Assembly (NCBI GenBank): GCA_963733195.1
Contig: CAVTCR010000009.1
Span: 120,255 to 184,254 of the forward strand
Direction: 5' to 3'
Source: an uncultured delta proteobacterium
Lineage (GTDB): Bacteria; Desulfobacterota; Binatia; Bin18
DNA: 64,000 nucleotides
Of the stretch, positions 20,654 through 30,481 are shown piece by piece (position 1 is the stretch's first letter; each line of letters begins with the position of its first letter). Position numbers and translations under genes: made by a program. Under the pieces are notes generated by a model. It was not told the origin of the DNA and searched no databases. It saw only the letters and a list, made by a program, of their open reading frames with translations.

Positions 20654-21870
20654 CTATCGCCGTCGGGCGATACGACCACCATCGCTTTTTTCTAGTGTCA
20701 CTTCTTTAGGTGGCAATGAGAGAGTCTTGCCGTCGATCGTATCGACTCTGGTAAAACGTACGACCGCTCGGTTGCTTTCGCTACGTACGTTGATGTCTTT
20801 GAACGATACCCTGTAGCTTTTGTAACCATCCAAGATACCCTTGAGCTTCGCAGCATCCTGCGCCGAGACCTCACCAAGCTGTACGAGCACGTCAACATTC
20901 TTATTTTCCCATGCCTGGCGATAGGTCGTTTCAAGCCAGTTCATCGCCTCTTGTTGGCTCAACGTCGCGGTTGGTGACTCGATCTTAGGAGGAGGCAGTG
21001 GTGGTGGTTGAGGTCGGGCTACTTCGATAGCTTTGACTTCAACCGTCCAACGTTTTGCCGCACTCTGCAATCCGTCCGGAGCAACAGCAATAGCAGACAA
21101 CTGATAGGTGCCAGGCCTGGTCTCGGCGAAACGAAACCGTCCACTATCCGTGCGCTGTGGACGAGCATCATTGATACTCCACAAATAACTCAGTTCTTTT
21201 CTCGTGCCTCCAGATACGCCAGTGATCTCTGCTGTTACGGTAAAATCGACCGGTTTCCCGGCGTCGACAGTGAGACTGGTGTCCCCAGGGTCAACATCGA
21301 TAATACGAGGCGGGACAGCCAGAACCTTCGGCGTCACGTTCCACGCCACTTGTACCTTCTTGTCTGCTTTATCAACCACCTCAACTTTCACCGCGTGTGA
21401 CGCATCAGAAATGGATGCCGGGAGTTGCCAACTCCGACTCTCGCCTCGAGCCACCTCTTGGCCATCAAGCGACCAAACATAGACGAGGCGATCATCTTTA
21501 TCGGGGTCGGAGGCCTGTACGGTAAAGCTTTGCTCTTCACCAGCTGTCATTTGAACAGAACCAGCTTTTGGTGAAACACTGGTAATAACCGGCGGACGTG
21601 GGGTGTCCTGCACCCGCACAGTCCAGATCTTCTCAAGCGGAGCATTCTTGCCATCCGAAATTACCGCTTTAACTTCTCGAACTCGGTCCCCACCATCGTC
21701 ATACCCCGGTTGATAGGTCCACTTCTTTCCGTCTGTTTGTTTCTTGCCATCAAGAAGCCAGGCAAACTTGAGTGACTGCGGCTGCGCACTCTCCGCATCT
21801 ACCACGAAAGGCAAGTTGCTTCCCTTCAGCAACTGTCATTTCACCTGTTGTCATCTGGTTTCGCTGGAGT
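20654..21870 (-). CDS. Ig/PKD-like repeats + C-terminal NTF2-like domain; probable extracytoplasmic C-terminus of the upstream kinase
   Basis: Three WxLDG/WSIND beta-sandwich repeats (e.g. ASDPDKDDRLVYVWSLDG); no own signal peptide; directly follows the kinase TM helix and a garbled linker. Confidence 0.65.
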
Positions 21871-21889
21871 CAGCTTTGGCGGCGGCGAT

Positions 21890-22140
21890 ACAATTCGGCT
21901 TCAGCCTGTTCAGGCTTTGCTTGCCGGCTTTGGCTTGTCTATTTAGCTGCTCGGCTTTCGGTCGTTCTAGCTTTCGCTTAGCTTGTCGGCTTAGTGGTTC
22001 GTTGGCTTGCTCGCTTTCGCTGGTCGAGGTTCGGCGGGCTCGGCTTTCGATCGTTCGGCTGGTCAGCCTTGGCTTGTCCGCTTTAGCGTGCGCTAGGTCT
22101 AGCCTGTTCGCTTTACTTGTCGGCGGCTTGGTTCTACTTT
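21890..22140 (-). repeat. Low-complexity ~15-bp coding repeat (KAEQA/KAEQP-like linker), indel-ridden
   Basis: Minus strand shows repeated AAAGCCGAGC/AAGCC units between the kinase TM and the Ig domains. Confidence 0.55.
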
Positions 22141-25100
22141 ACAGTTTGTTATTAGTTCAGAAGATTGAAAAGCCCCGCTGAAATACAGGCCGAGGGCAGC
22201 CGCAACGGCAAGCGCAACCGCACCCGCGACAATCGGCGTGGACTGGCGCGAGGCAGAAGGGGTCGCCACAGAGACAGAGGAAACTTCTGGGCGGTTTTCT
22301 GATTGCGGAACCTGCTCAATAAGCGTCGGCTCATCTTCATCCGTCTTTTGCGGGCGAAGAGCTGATAGGAGGGCCAGCGCTTCTTCATAACTCGCTTGCG
22401 CCTGAGGGTAGCGCTTTTGTTGGAGCAGTTGGTCACCACTAGTGATTGCTTTTTCTGCCTGCTTCTTTTGTTTTCCTTTAGAGCTGCGTGTTTGTTCTCG
22501 CAGCTCGTAGGCTCGTGTTTTAGCAGACTCAGCCTCTTGCTTTTGCTGCGCTACGCTGGCTTCTTGGCGGATCTGCTGCCAGCGGACAACCACTCGGTCA
22601 AACCGATCGAGCGCATCATCGAACTTTTCGTGCGTGAGCGCCTGTTCTGCCTCATGTAACAGAGACATTGCTTCTACGTGTTGACCAGGAAGAAACTCTT
22701 CGCTTTTGGCCGTCTGAGCCTCTGCCTGTGCAGCTACGGCTTTTTCTCGCGCCGCCACCGCCATTTGCTTCGTACGGGTGAGCCGTGCAGTCTCACATGC
22801 ATTACTGAACAGTTCGCTGGCTTGGGCGAAGGCGACAACTGCGTCTTCAAATTTTTCCGTGGCAACCGCAGCCTCGGCCTGTTCTTTCACCGCTTGTGCT
22901 TTGCGGTAAAGCTCTTCAGCGTATTGCAGAGCGTGGGCAGTATCAGCTTCTTTCTGCCGTTCTTTCGTTTCCTGGCTTGCAGCTATAGCACGCTGCCGTC
23001 GCTCTTCTGCCTCAGCCTCGATTCGGGCACGTGCATAGCTCTGAGCGGCGCGTTCATAGTGCTCACGTGCCTGCTCATAGGCATGCGCCTTCCAGGCTCG
23101 TTCACCTTCGGATTCGTGACTTTGCGCTTCTTTCCAGATGGCTGCAGCAAAACTCGGGGCAAGTGTACCCGCCTCTTGTCTCGCTTGTAGCGCTTTTTGC
23201 TTCCCAGTCTCCGCATGCTCTCGCGCAACTTGTTGCTGCACTGCCTGAGCAAGTTTTACCAGCTGCTGCTGTGCCTGCTCGTAGTCACGTCGTGCAGAAG
23301 GAAAATCTTGCCGCTCTTCAGCGGTACGACCTTGCTCCAGGAGTTGTTGGGCTTGCGTCAGATCTTGAGGAAAACGGTGCGCAGCATCAGCCTCCATCAC
23401 TGTGGACAACGCCTCCTCAGCATGTTGACGAGCAGTCACCGCCTGTTGCTTAGCCTGTTCGCGCTGTGCGGTGACTCCAGATTGGATAAAGAGTTCTTCC
23501 GCACGACGATAGACGCCAGTGGCTCCAATAAACTCCTGTTGCTGTTGGTGGCGTCCAGCTTCTGCTATAGCAGCAGTGCCCTGATTGAACTCGGTGGCTG
23601 CGTAGCGCGGGGCTCCCGCCTCTTCGGCTTTCTTTTTCGCGGTAGTGGCTTGTTTCTCCGCCTGTGCGGTCTCTTGGTAGAGTCGCTCATGTTCTCCGAC
23701 CTCGACCACCTGAGCGTATGCCTGACTCGTCTGCGCATACCCGGCAAGCGCCGCTTCATAATCCTGCCCTTTGAACATCCGCTCGGCATCGGCTTCGCGC
23801 TTCTGCGCTCCATCCCATGGAGCTTTTGCCCACTGTTTCAGCGTACTGGCCTTCTCTTTCGCCAGGAGCATCTGTCGGCGAGCAGTATCAGCTTCTTCTC
23901 GTGCCGCCTGTATATCCGCCTCACGCCGTAGCCGTAACAGCTGCTGGAGGGCCTGCTCATAGAAACTCGTAGCCTGGGCAAAATCCTGTTGCGCCTCTGC
24001 TTGTTGTCCTTGCTCCGTCAAGCGTTGCGCGCGGGTGAACTCCTGCGCGAAGCGCGTGTTCGCTTCTGCTTCTTCGGCAGCGGCACGTGCAGCCTCCAAT
24101 CGTTGGCGAATGGCAGCGGCGGCTTGACGGGCTTTTTCCTGTTGTGCGTCATGAGCAGCTTGTGACCACAACGAACGTGCCTGCAAAAACTCCTGACTCG
24201 CTTCACTCCAGCGTTGCGCACGAAGATGTTGTTCCGCCTGTTGCTGAGTTTTAGTCACTTGTTGATACAACGCAGCGGCATACTGTTTTGCTTCAGCTTG
24301 TTCTGCTACGGTGCGAGCGTCCTCAGCCTGTTGACGAGCGTCGAGTGCCCGTTGTCGCAGCCGTTCAATCTCTGCCGCCTTACGGATCTCCTCGGCTTCT
24401 TGCCGTGCTTCTCTATAGAGTTGCGCGGCCCGATCATACACCTCCGCTGCTTCTGTATAGCGTTTGGCACTCCAGGCGCTGTCAGCTTCGCCTTCGCGAC
24501 GCTGCGCCTCTGTATACTTTGCCCCAAACCATTCATCGAGTCCTGAGAGCCTGTTGCGTGCCTCAGCCACACGCCCACGAAAGGCTTCTGCTTTCTCTCG
24601 TTCGGCTTCCTGAAACGCATCACCAGCGAGGCGTTGCCACGTCTGTAGCGCTTGCTGGTATCCATCGACTGCCTGAGAAAAATTCTGACGTGTTTCCTCT
24701 TGTTTTGCGTGCTCAACAAGATGTGAAGCGTGGGCAAAGTCGTCGGCAAAGCGTTGGGCAGCTCCAGCCTTCTCTGCAACCTGACGCACATCTTCTGCTC
24801 GTTGTCGCGCTGCGGCGGCTTCCTGTTTCTGGCGTTCGTGCTGTGCAGCCTCTGCCGCTTTGGTCAACAACTCAGCCGCGCGCCAATAGCGCTGAATCGC
24901 GACACGTAGATCCTTGGCTTGTATTTGCTGTTCTGCGTCTTTTTGCGCTGCAAGCCCTTCTCGCCACAGGTCCGCCGCATAGCGAGCAGCGTCAGCCTTC
25001 TCAGCTTGTGCTTTCGCCGATTGGGCCTGCTCCTGGGCGTCGTGGGTTTCTTGCTGCAGTTGCTCGCGTTCGGCATTGGCCCGGGCTTGGGCATACGCCT

Positions 25101-27384
25101 GCGTTGCCTGCACATAGAGTTCCGCGGCACGACCATACTCTTGTTTTTGGTACGCGAGCTCGGCTTGCTGCGCTCCCTCTTGCGCTTTTGTCCAACTTGC
25201 TTTCGCCCAGGTTTGCAGCGCCTCACTACCCTGAACGACCGCTGTCATCTCCTGCCGTGCGACATCGGCACGTTCACGCGCAACGAGGACAGTCGCTTCA
25301 CGTGCTAATTGCTGAAACCGTTGCGTTGCCTGCGTATAGAAGTCGCGGGCAGCACTATATTGCTGCTGTTTCTCGTTCTCTTGCCCTTGCGCAGTGAGTC
25401 GTTGCACTTCTGCGTACATCGCAGCCGTTCGTTCCTTTGCTCCAGCCTGATCTGCTTGTGCTTGTGCTTGTTGGAGTTGCTGACGAACTGCCGCAATCTC
25501 TTGTTTTTCTTGTTCGAGCTCAGCCTCCTGTGTAGCTCGCTGGTAAAGATCACGTGCTTGCACGTACGCGTGCACGGCTTTTTCATGGGCCTGCGCTTGC
25601 AGGTGCGTATCGCCTTGCTTCTGGAAAATCGCCGCTTGCTGGTATGATGGAGAAGCAAGCTCTCGAGCCCGTGCAGCATCAGCGCGGCCCTGTGCCTCTG
25701 TGGTTTGCCGTTGAACTGCAAACGCTTCCTGTCGCTGTCGTTCGCTCTGGGCCTGTTGCTGGGCACGCTCATACTTCTGCGCCGCAGCGAGAAATAACTC
25801 ACGTGCTTGGGTGAATTCCTCGTGCGCTATCGCCGTATTCGCCCGTTGCTCCTGATCCACAGCCTCCTGGAAGAGGTTCTCAGCAAACTGCGCAGCTCCT
25901 TTTTCTTCTGCCGCAGCCTTCGCTGCAACCACGCGAGTTCGTGCTTTTTCGGCCTCTTCTTTCAAGGTCTCGCGGTAGGCAAGCTCGCGGGCGTCGGCAA
26001 AGAATCTTGCAGCTTCGCCATAGATCTGGGCCGATTGTTGAAAATCTTGTTTCTCTAAGAATTCGTCGGCTTGCGATTGCAGAGTCAGTCCGCGAGTATA
26101 ACGGGTGCGAGCATGGTCACGTGCGCCATAGTGCTCAGCCTCCTCTTTGGCGGCAGCCATATTGTCTCTGGCTTGCTCTGCCTTATGCTTGGCCGCTGCA
26201 GCCTTCGCTTCCGTACCTGCTCGGTCAAATATCTGTATGGCCTCTTCGAACGCTTGCTGGGCGGCAGTGAAATCCCGCTCCCGTAGGCTTTTGGCTCCCT
26301 GTTCTTCAGACGTGCGTCCTTGCTGAAGCAGTGTCGCTGCCCATTCTGCAGCTCCTTCTCGCGTGGCGCGTTCGCGTGCTTCTCGCGCTTGCGTTTGAAA
26401 CGGTAACACACGACGGCGTTGTTGCTCTTCTTGCAGTTCACGGATGCGCTGATCGATGTCCTCGTCTGCCGGGGCCTCTGTGCTTTTCTTCTCTTCCGTT
26501 CCAGGTCTTGGGATAATAAGCGTACCGGTTTCTTCCTCCTCTGGACTTAAATTACGACAGGCATCTAACGCCTGCAGGAGGTCACGCATGCCGGGATAGC
26601 GACGGGTGCGGGTTTTGGCGATTGCGCGCGTCAGCAAGTCGGCAAAAGCGGTGGGCGGTGGACGGTCAAAGTGGGGCTCATTCTCCTTGTTGTCATACAA
26701 GACCCTGCGCAACACCTCATGTTCATCAAGCCCGCCAAAGAATTGCTTACCGGTGTACATTTCGTACATGACCATGCCGAGCGAATAAACATCAGCACTA
26801 CCGTCGAGCGGCTCGTGGCGCAGTTGCTCGGGGGAAGCGTATTTCAGCGTCCCGATCACCATGCCGGTCTTCGTCGAATCTCCATCTCCAAGTTCTTTGG
26901 CAATACCAAAATCCATCACCACGACGCGCGAAGAGCGATCTTCAATCATGATATTGGCAGGCTTGATGTCGCGGTGAATGATGGGAGGAGTGTGGTTATG
27001 CGCGTAGCCGAGCGCATCAGCAACCTGACGGGAGATAGTGAGAAGCTCGGGGAGCGGCAGCGGTCCCTTTTCACGGAGATACTTGCCGAGGGTCACACCC
27101 TCGATGTACTCCATGACAAAGTAGTAGAGGTTCAGACTTTCATCCCGTTCGATATCAAGCACTTTCACGATATTGTCATGCTTCAAACGAGCCATGACGC
27201 GCGCTTCGCGATAGAAGCGGTTCACCATGTCTTCATTTTCCATCAAGTACGCAGGCAGGACCTTGAGGGCAGAGATGGTCTCTAGGCGGGTATGGCGTAC
27301 TTTGTACACCAAGCCCATGCCCCCCTGGCCGAGCGAGCCCACGACCTCGTACTTACGGGAAATCACCATTGCCGGCGTAGCCAT
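22099..27384 (-). CDS. Hanks-type Ser/Thr receptor kinase with ~18 helical repeats and a TM helix (likely extends to 20654)
   Basis: LGQGGMGLVY, ALK, HRDIKPAN, DFGIAK, GTLKYASPEQ; ~77-aa Ala/Gln/Glu repeats; TM IVAGAVALAVAAALGLYF. Confidence 0.92.
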   Translation of the reverse strand: MATPAMVISRKYEVVGSLGQGGMGLVYKVRHTRLETISALKVLPAYLMENEDMVNRFYREARVMARLKHDNIVKVLDIERDESLNLYYFVMEYIEGVTLGKYLREKGPLPLPELLTISRQVADALGYAHNHTPPIIHRDIKPANIMIEDRSSRVVVMDFGIAKELGDGDSTKTGMVIGTLKYASPEQLRHEPLDGSADVYSLGMVMYEMYTGKQFFGGLDEHEVLRRVLYDNKENEPHFDRPPPTAFADLLTRAIAKTRTRRYPGMRDLLQALDACRNLSPEEEETGTLIIPRPGTEEKKSTEAPADEDIDQRIRELQEEQQRRRVLPFQTQAREARERATREGAAEWAATLLQQGRTSEEQGAKSLRERDFTAAQQAFEEAIQIFDRAGTEAKAAAAKHKAEQARDNMAAAKEEAEHYGARDHARTRYTRGLTLQSQADEFLEKQDFQQSAQIYGEAARFFADARELAYRETLKEEAEKARTRVVAAKAAAEEKGAAQFAENLFQEAVDQEQRANTAIAHEEFTQARELFLAAAQKYERAQQQAQSERQRQEAFAVQRQTTEAQGRADAARARELASPSYQQAAIFQKQGDTHLQAQAHEKAVHAYVQARDLYQRATQEAELEQEKQEIAAVRQQLQQAQAQADQAGAKERTAAMYAEVQRLTAQGQENEKQQQYSAARDFYTQATQRFQQLAREATVLVARERADVARQEMTAVVQGSEALQTWAKASWTKAQEGAQQAELAYQKQEYGRAAELYVQATQAYAQARANAEREQLQQETHDAQEQAQSAKAQAEKADAARYAADLWREGLAAQKDAEQQIQAKDLRVAIQRYWRAAELLTKAAEAAQHERQKQEAAAARQRAEDVRQVAEKAGAAQRFADDFAHASHLVEHAKQEETRQNFSQAVDGYQQALQTWQRLAGDAFQEAEREKAEAFRGRVAEARNRLSGLDEWFGAKYTEAQRREGEADSAWSAKRYTEAAEVYDRAAQLYREARQEAEEIRKAAEIERLRQRALDARQQAEDARTVAEQAEAKQYAAALYQQVTKTQQQAEQHLRAQRWSEASQEFLQARSLWSQAAHDAQQEKARQAAAAIRQRLEAARAAAEEAEANTRFAQEFTRAQRLTEQGQQAEAQQDFAQATSFYEQALQQLLRLRREADIQAAREEADTARRQMLLAKEKASTLKQWAKAPWDGAQKREADAERMFKGQDYEAALAGYAQTSQAYAQVVEVGEHERLYQETAQAEKQATTAKKKAEEAGAPRYAATEFNQGTAAIAEAGRHQQQQEFIGATGVYRRAEELFIQSGVTAQREQAKQQAVTARQHAEEALSTVMEADAAHRFPQDLTQAQQLLEQGRTAEERQDFPSARRDYEQAQQQLVKLAQAVQQQVAREHAETGKQKALQARQEAGTLAPSFAAAIWKEAQSHESEGERAWKAHAYEQAREHYERAAQSYARARIEAEAEERRQRAIAASQETKERQKEADTAHALQYAEELYRKAQAVKEQAEAAVATEKFEDAVVAFAQASELFSNACETARLTRTKQMAVAAREKAVAAQAEAQTAKSEEFLPGQHVEAMSLLHEAEQALTHEKFDDALDRFDRVVVRWQQIRQEASVAQQKQEAESAKTRAYELREQTRSSKGKQKKQAEKAITSGDQLLQQKRYPQAQASYEEALALLSALRPQKTDEDEPTLIEQVPQSENRPEVSSVSVATPSASRQSTPIVAGAVALAVAAALGLYFSGAFQSSELITNCKVEPSRRQVKRTG

Positions 27385-27400
27385 AGGTGAAAGTTCCGCG

Positions 27401-28186
27401 TCAGTTGGCTACGGTCGGATCTTCAACGTACGACAGAAGAATAATCGTACTATTGTCGCGACCCCCACGTTCGTTGGCAAGATTCACCAGCGTATCACAG
27501 GCTTTTTCAAGATCTGGAGCCGTCTGTTCAATAATGCGGAGCATGTCCTCATCATCAATTACCCCGTGGATTCCATCGCTGCAGAGGAGATAGATATCTC
27601 CCGACTGCGGCCGTTCGAGGCGGACAGACGGTTGAACGAGCGGGCTAACGCCGACAGCTTGAGTCAGCACATGACGATGCGGGAAAGTTTTGACCTCGGT
27701 CGGTCCGATCTTCCCCTCTTTGAGCAACTGCTGCACCAACGAGTGGTCTTCGGTGAGGCGTTCAATCACCCCTTCTCGAACACGGTAGACACGGGAGTCA
27801 CCAACATGACAAATTCCTGCAACACTCTCTTCTTCATCAAATAAGACCGCTGCCACCGTGGTCCCCATTCCATTGAGGTTCGGGTCCCGCTGGCTCATCT
27901 CAAACACTTTGTTATTTGCTCTCTGGATCGCAAGGAAAAGGCGACGGCCAGCAACCGAAGACCACCCATTCTGGGTAGTGATAGGCGTCAGATCTTCCCC
28001 TTGGGTCTCCTGGAGAACACCATGCATCGTCTCCACAGCTAAAGCACTTGCGCGCTCCCCACCGACGTGCCCGCCCATCCCATCCGCCACGATATAAAAC
28101 GCCGCATCAGGGAAGAATCCTGAAGAATCCTCGTTTTTCGCGCGTACCTTACCCGTGTCTGTTTTTACTGCGCCACAGATGGACAC
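27401..28186 (-). CDS. PP2C/PPM Ser/Thr phosphatase (Stp1/PrpC type)
   Basis: RAKNED, VADGMGGH, GMGTT, HVGDSRVY, LCSDG, GGRDN; 16 bp upstream of the kinase. Confidence 0.95.
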   Translation of the reverse strand: MSICGAVKTDTGKVRAKNEDSSGFFPDAAFYIVADGMGGHVGGERASALAVETMHGVLQETQGEDLTPITTQNGWSSVAGRRLFLAIQRANNKVFEMSQRDPNLNGMGTTVAAVLFDEEESVAGICHVGDSRVYRVREGVIERLTEDHSLVQQLLKEGKIGPTEVKTFPHRHVLTQAVGVSPLVQPSVRLERPQSGDIYLLCSDGIHGVIDDEDMLRIIEQTAPDLEKACDTLVNLANERGGRDNSTIILLSYVEDPTVAN

Positions 28187-28309
28187 GGAACGCTCCTTTC
28201 ACAACAACGCCAGTATTTTGAGGAATCGGCTGTTTCTGGTCTTTTTTTTAGTCCTTTCAATCAGTTTTAGCAAACCCACTTTCCTTTTTGCAAAACAGGG
28301 ATTTTCCTC

Positions 28310-28331
28310 TTATGAAATTTTTATGAAATTT
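28310..28331. promoter_or_regulatory. Perfect 11-bp tandem direct repeat in the divergent promoter region
   Basis: TTATGAAATTT x2 (28310-28320, 28321-28331); TTGACG at 28351 and TATAAT at 28418 downstream. Confidence 0.5.
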
Positions 28332-28476
28332 TTTGCGTGGTTAAATGCTCTTGACGGCAGAATGGCAAGTCGATAGCTACGAGGTGCTCTCACCTGGGGT
28401 GCCATTCGCCTTCACTGTATAATTTTGTTATCATCACACTTTGTCGCGCCGTCTGCCGTTTGGAAGGAGGAGGAGC

Positions 28477-29847
28477 ATGAAGAAAACAATGTTGGTTATA
28501 GGAGTTGTGCTCGGCGCAGTGCTTTTTGTTGCTCCAGCTTTTGCCAGAAGTTTGAAATCCTCGTTGGAGAATACACTTTTTGCCGCTTCGCCAAACGATT
28601 CGATTTTTCTCACCATCCCCAACCCAGCTGCAGGCCAACCCGGATTCTCCTGATTCGTTGGTCTTCTATCAGCCGACTCCAACTCCAAGATCTTTGGCAA
28701 ACCCATTCAGACCGGTGGTCCAGGTGGAATCGCTAGCCAGTTTGTCCGTACGTTGAGCAGTAACATCCTCACTGAAAGTGCTGTGGTTGCGCTGCCCTCC
28801 GGCAGTGCGGGGTTTGAGTATACATTTAACCCGAGTCTGAATGTTTTTGAGCGTAGCTCGATCGGCCTTGGCCCAATTTACAATGACCGGGTCAACACCC
28901 TGGGCAAAGGCGTATTTGCCTTTGGGGTTGCGTATGTACACCAGGATTTTGATACATTTAACGGCCAATCGATCTCTAAGTTATCAACAGCCGACAAAAA
29001 CCTCTTTTCCGGCCAGCAATCCGTATTCATTACAACAGGGATTGTCGATGCCCGGGTCAAGTTAAATATTAAAACCGACACCGCCGCTCTCTACGGCATC
29101 TATGGCCTCACCGACAGGATTGACATCAGCCTACTGTTACCGCTCACCAATATCTCTTACGAGCGAAATCAACTCTTAGACAAGGGAGCCCTACCCTACT
29201 CAGTGATTTTGCCGCTTTTCTTCCTGATTCGCGCTGTGACATCTACGCAGGCTCAAAATGATCAATGCCGGATCTCCGACTTTACCATCCTCAGACAAGG
29301 AACACGCTTTACCTTCCAACAAGGAACGTCAACTTCTACGGTTAATAAGGTCGATAAAAGCCGCTTCGGCACCGGAGATATGGTGATACGAGGGAAGGCT
29401 CGTCTACTTGACAGGTCCTGGGGGAATTTTGGTGGATTGACCGAGTTGACCTTTCCCACTGGTAATGAAGACAATTTCCTAGGGGATGGCGCCTTCAAAG
29501 CACGCTTCTTGTTGTTGTACTCTCAGAGCTTCTTCTCTAACCGCGTGAACTTTCATTTGAATGGCGGGGGAAAGGTTACGACGCAAACAAGTCGCAAGGA
29601 TACTCTGGAGTACGGCTATGCGATTGACTTTATGTTAACCCCACGTCTCTCGTTAGTAACAGAAATGATCGGCTCCTGGCGAGTAGACCCAGAAGGCCTA
29701 CCGCAACACTTCCTAGATAGTGCTTTTGGTTTTAAGGCCAATCTATATCGGGGACTGATCGTTAATGTAAGTTTCCGTCTTCCTGCGACTGATGACGGAC
29801 TACGGTCAGACGTCGTATATCTGGCCGGGTTAGAATACGACTTCTAA
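28477..29847 (+). CDS. Outer-membrane beta-barrel ('transporter'/MetA-like), frameshifted near 28630-28750
   Basis: Strong RBS and signal peptide MKKTMLVIG..AFA at 28477; LTFPTG..FLG motif; C-terminal GLEYDF beta-signal. Confidence 0.65.
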
Positions 29848-29860
29848 AGGAGAAACACTA

Positions 29861-30475
29861 ATGCAAAGGAAATTCTGGGCCATTGCGACGTTCATTGTTG
29901 GCCTGGTCCTCGCAATACGCGTCGAAGCTGTGATGGTCATGCCGTTCAACATCGAAGAACTGGCAAAACGGGCAGACAAAGTCTTTGTCGGCACCTGCAC
30001 AAAAGTCTCTCATAGTGTGAATGCGCAAGGGGTTCCGGTCGTCGAAGTGACATTTGCAGTGACCGAAGCAGTAAAAGGCGAGGTCGGTACCACAGTCACG
30101 TTTCAACAAATTGATCCTCATAGCGCAACAACCGTCGGCATCGGCACCCACCGTGAACGAGCGGCTCAGGGAAAATCCGCTGGGGATTTTTTCTGCCGCC
30201 GCTATCGCGGGTCTCCCGAGTTATACTTCTGGCGAGGAAGTCTTATTGTTCCTGGCTGCGCCTGGAAAGTTGGGATTGACAGCACCGATTGGTTTTACCC
30301 AAGGGAAATTACCGGTCACGACACTCGCTTCAGGAGAGAAAATGATCACCAACACCAGCCTTACAGAAAACCGCACTCAGCTGACGGTGCGTTCCCCGAT
30401 CCAGGCAAAACCGCACAGTACGATCAATTCCTGAAGGTGCTACGTACCTATCACCAGACGCACAATCATAAATAA
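29861..30475 (+). CDS. Secreted TIMP/NTR-like (OB-fold) protein, frameshifted
   Basis: Signal peptide; IEELAKRADKVFVG; alternate frame (30111-30434) gives GLPSYTSGEEVLLFL..GFTQGK. Confidence 0.5.
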   Translation: MQRKFWAIATFIVGLVLAIRVEAVMVMPFNIEELAKRADKVFVGTCTKVSHSVNAQGVPVVEVTFAVTEAVKGEVGTTVTFQQIDPHSATTVGIGTHRERAAQGKSAGDFFCRRYRGSPELYFWRGSLIVPGCAWKVGIDSTDWFYPREITGHDTRFRRENDHQHQPYRKPHSADGAFPDPGKTAQYDQFLKVLRTYHQTHNHK

Positions 30476-30481
30476 GGAGAG

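Noticed and set aside
21890-22140. Short repeats resembling a CRISPR array or VNTR
   Set aside because: No constant repeat with unique spacers; decodes as a KAEQx linker; no cas genes in the window
21744-27844. Long + strand ORFs (e.g. 369, 244, 205 aa) opposite the kinase
   Set aside because: Antisense shadows of Ala/Gln/Glu-rich repeats; Leu/Cys/Phe/Arg-rich with no motifs
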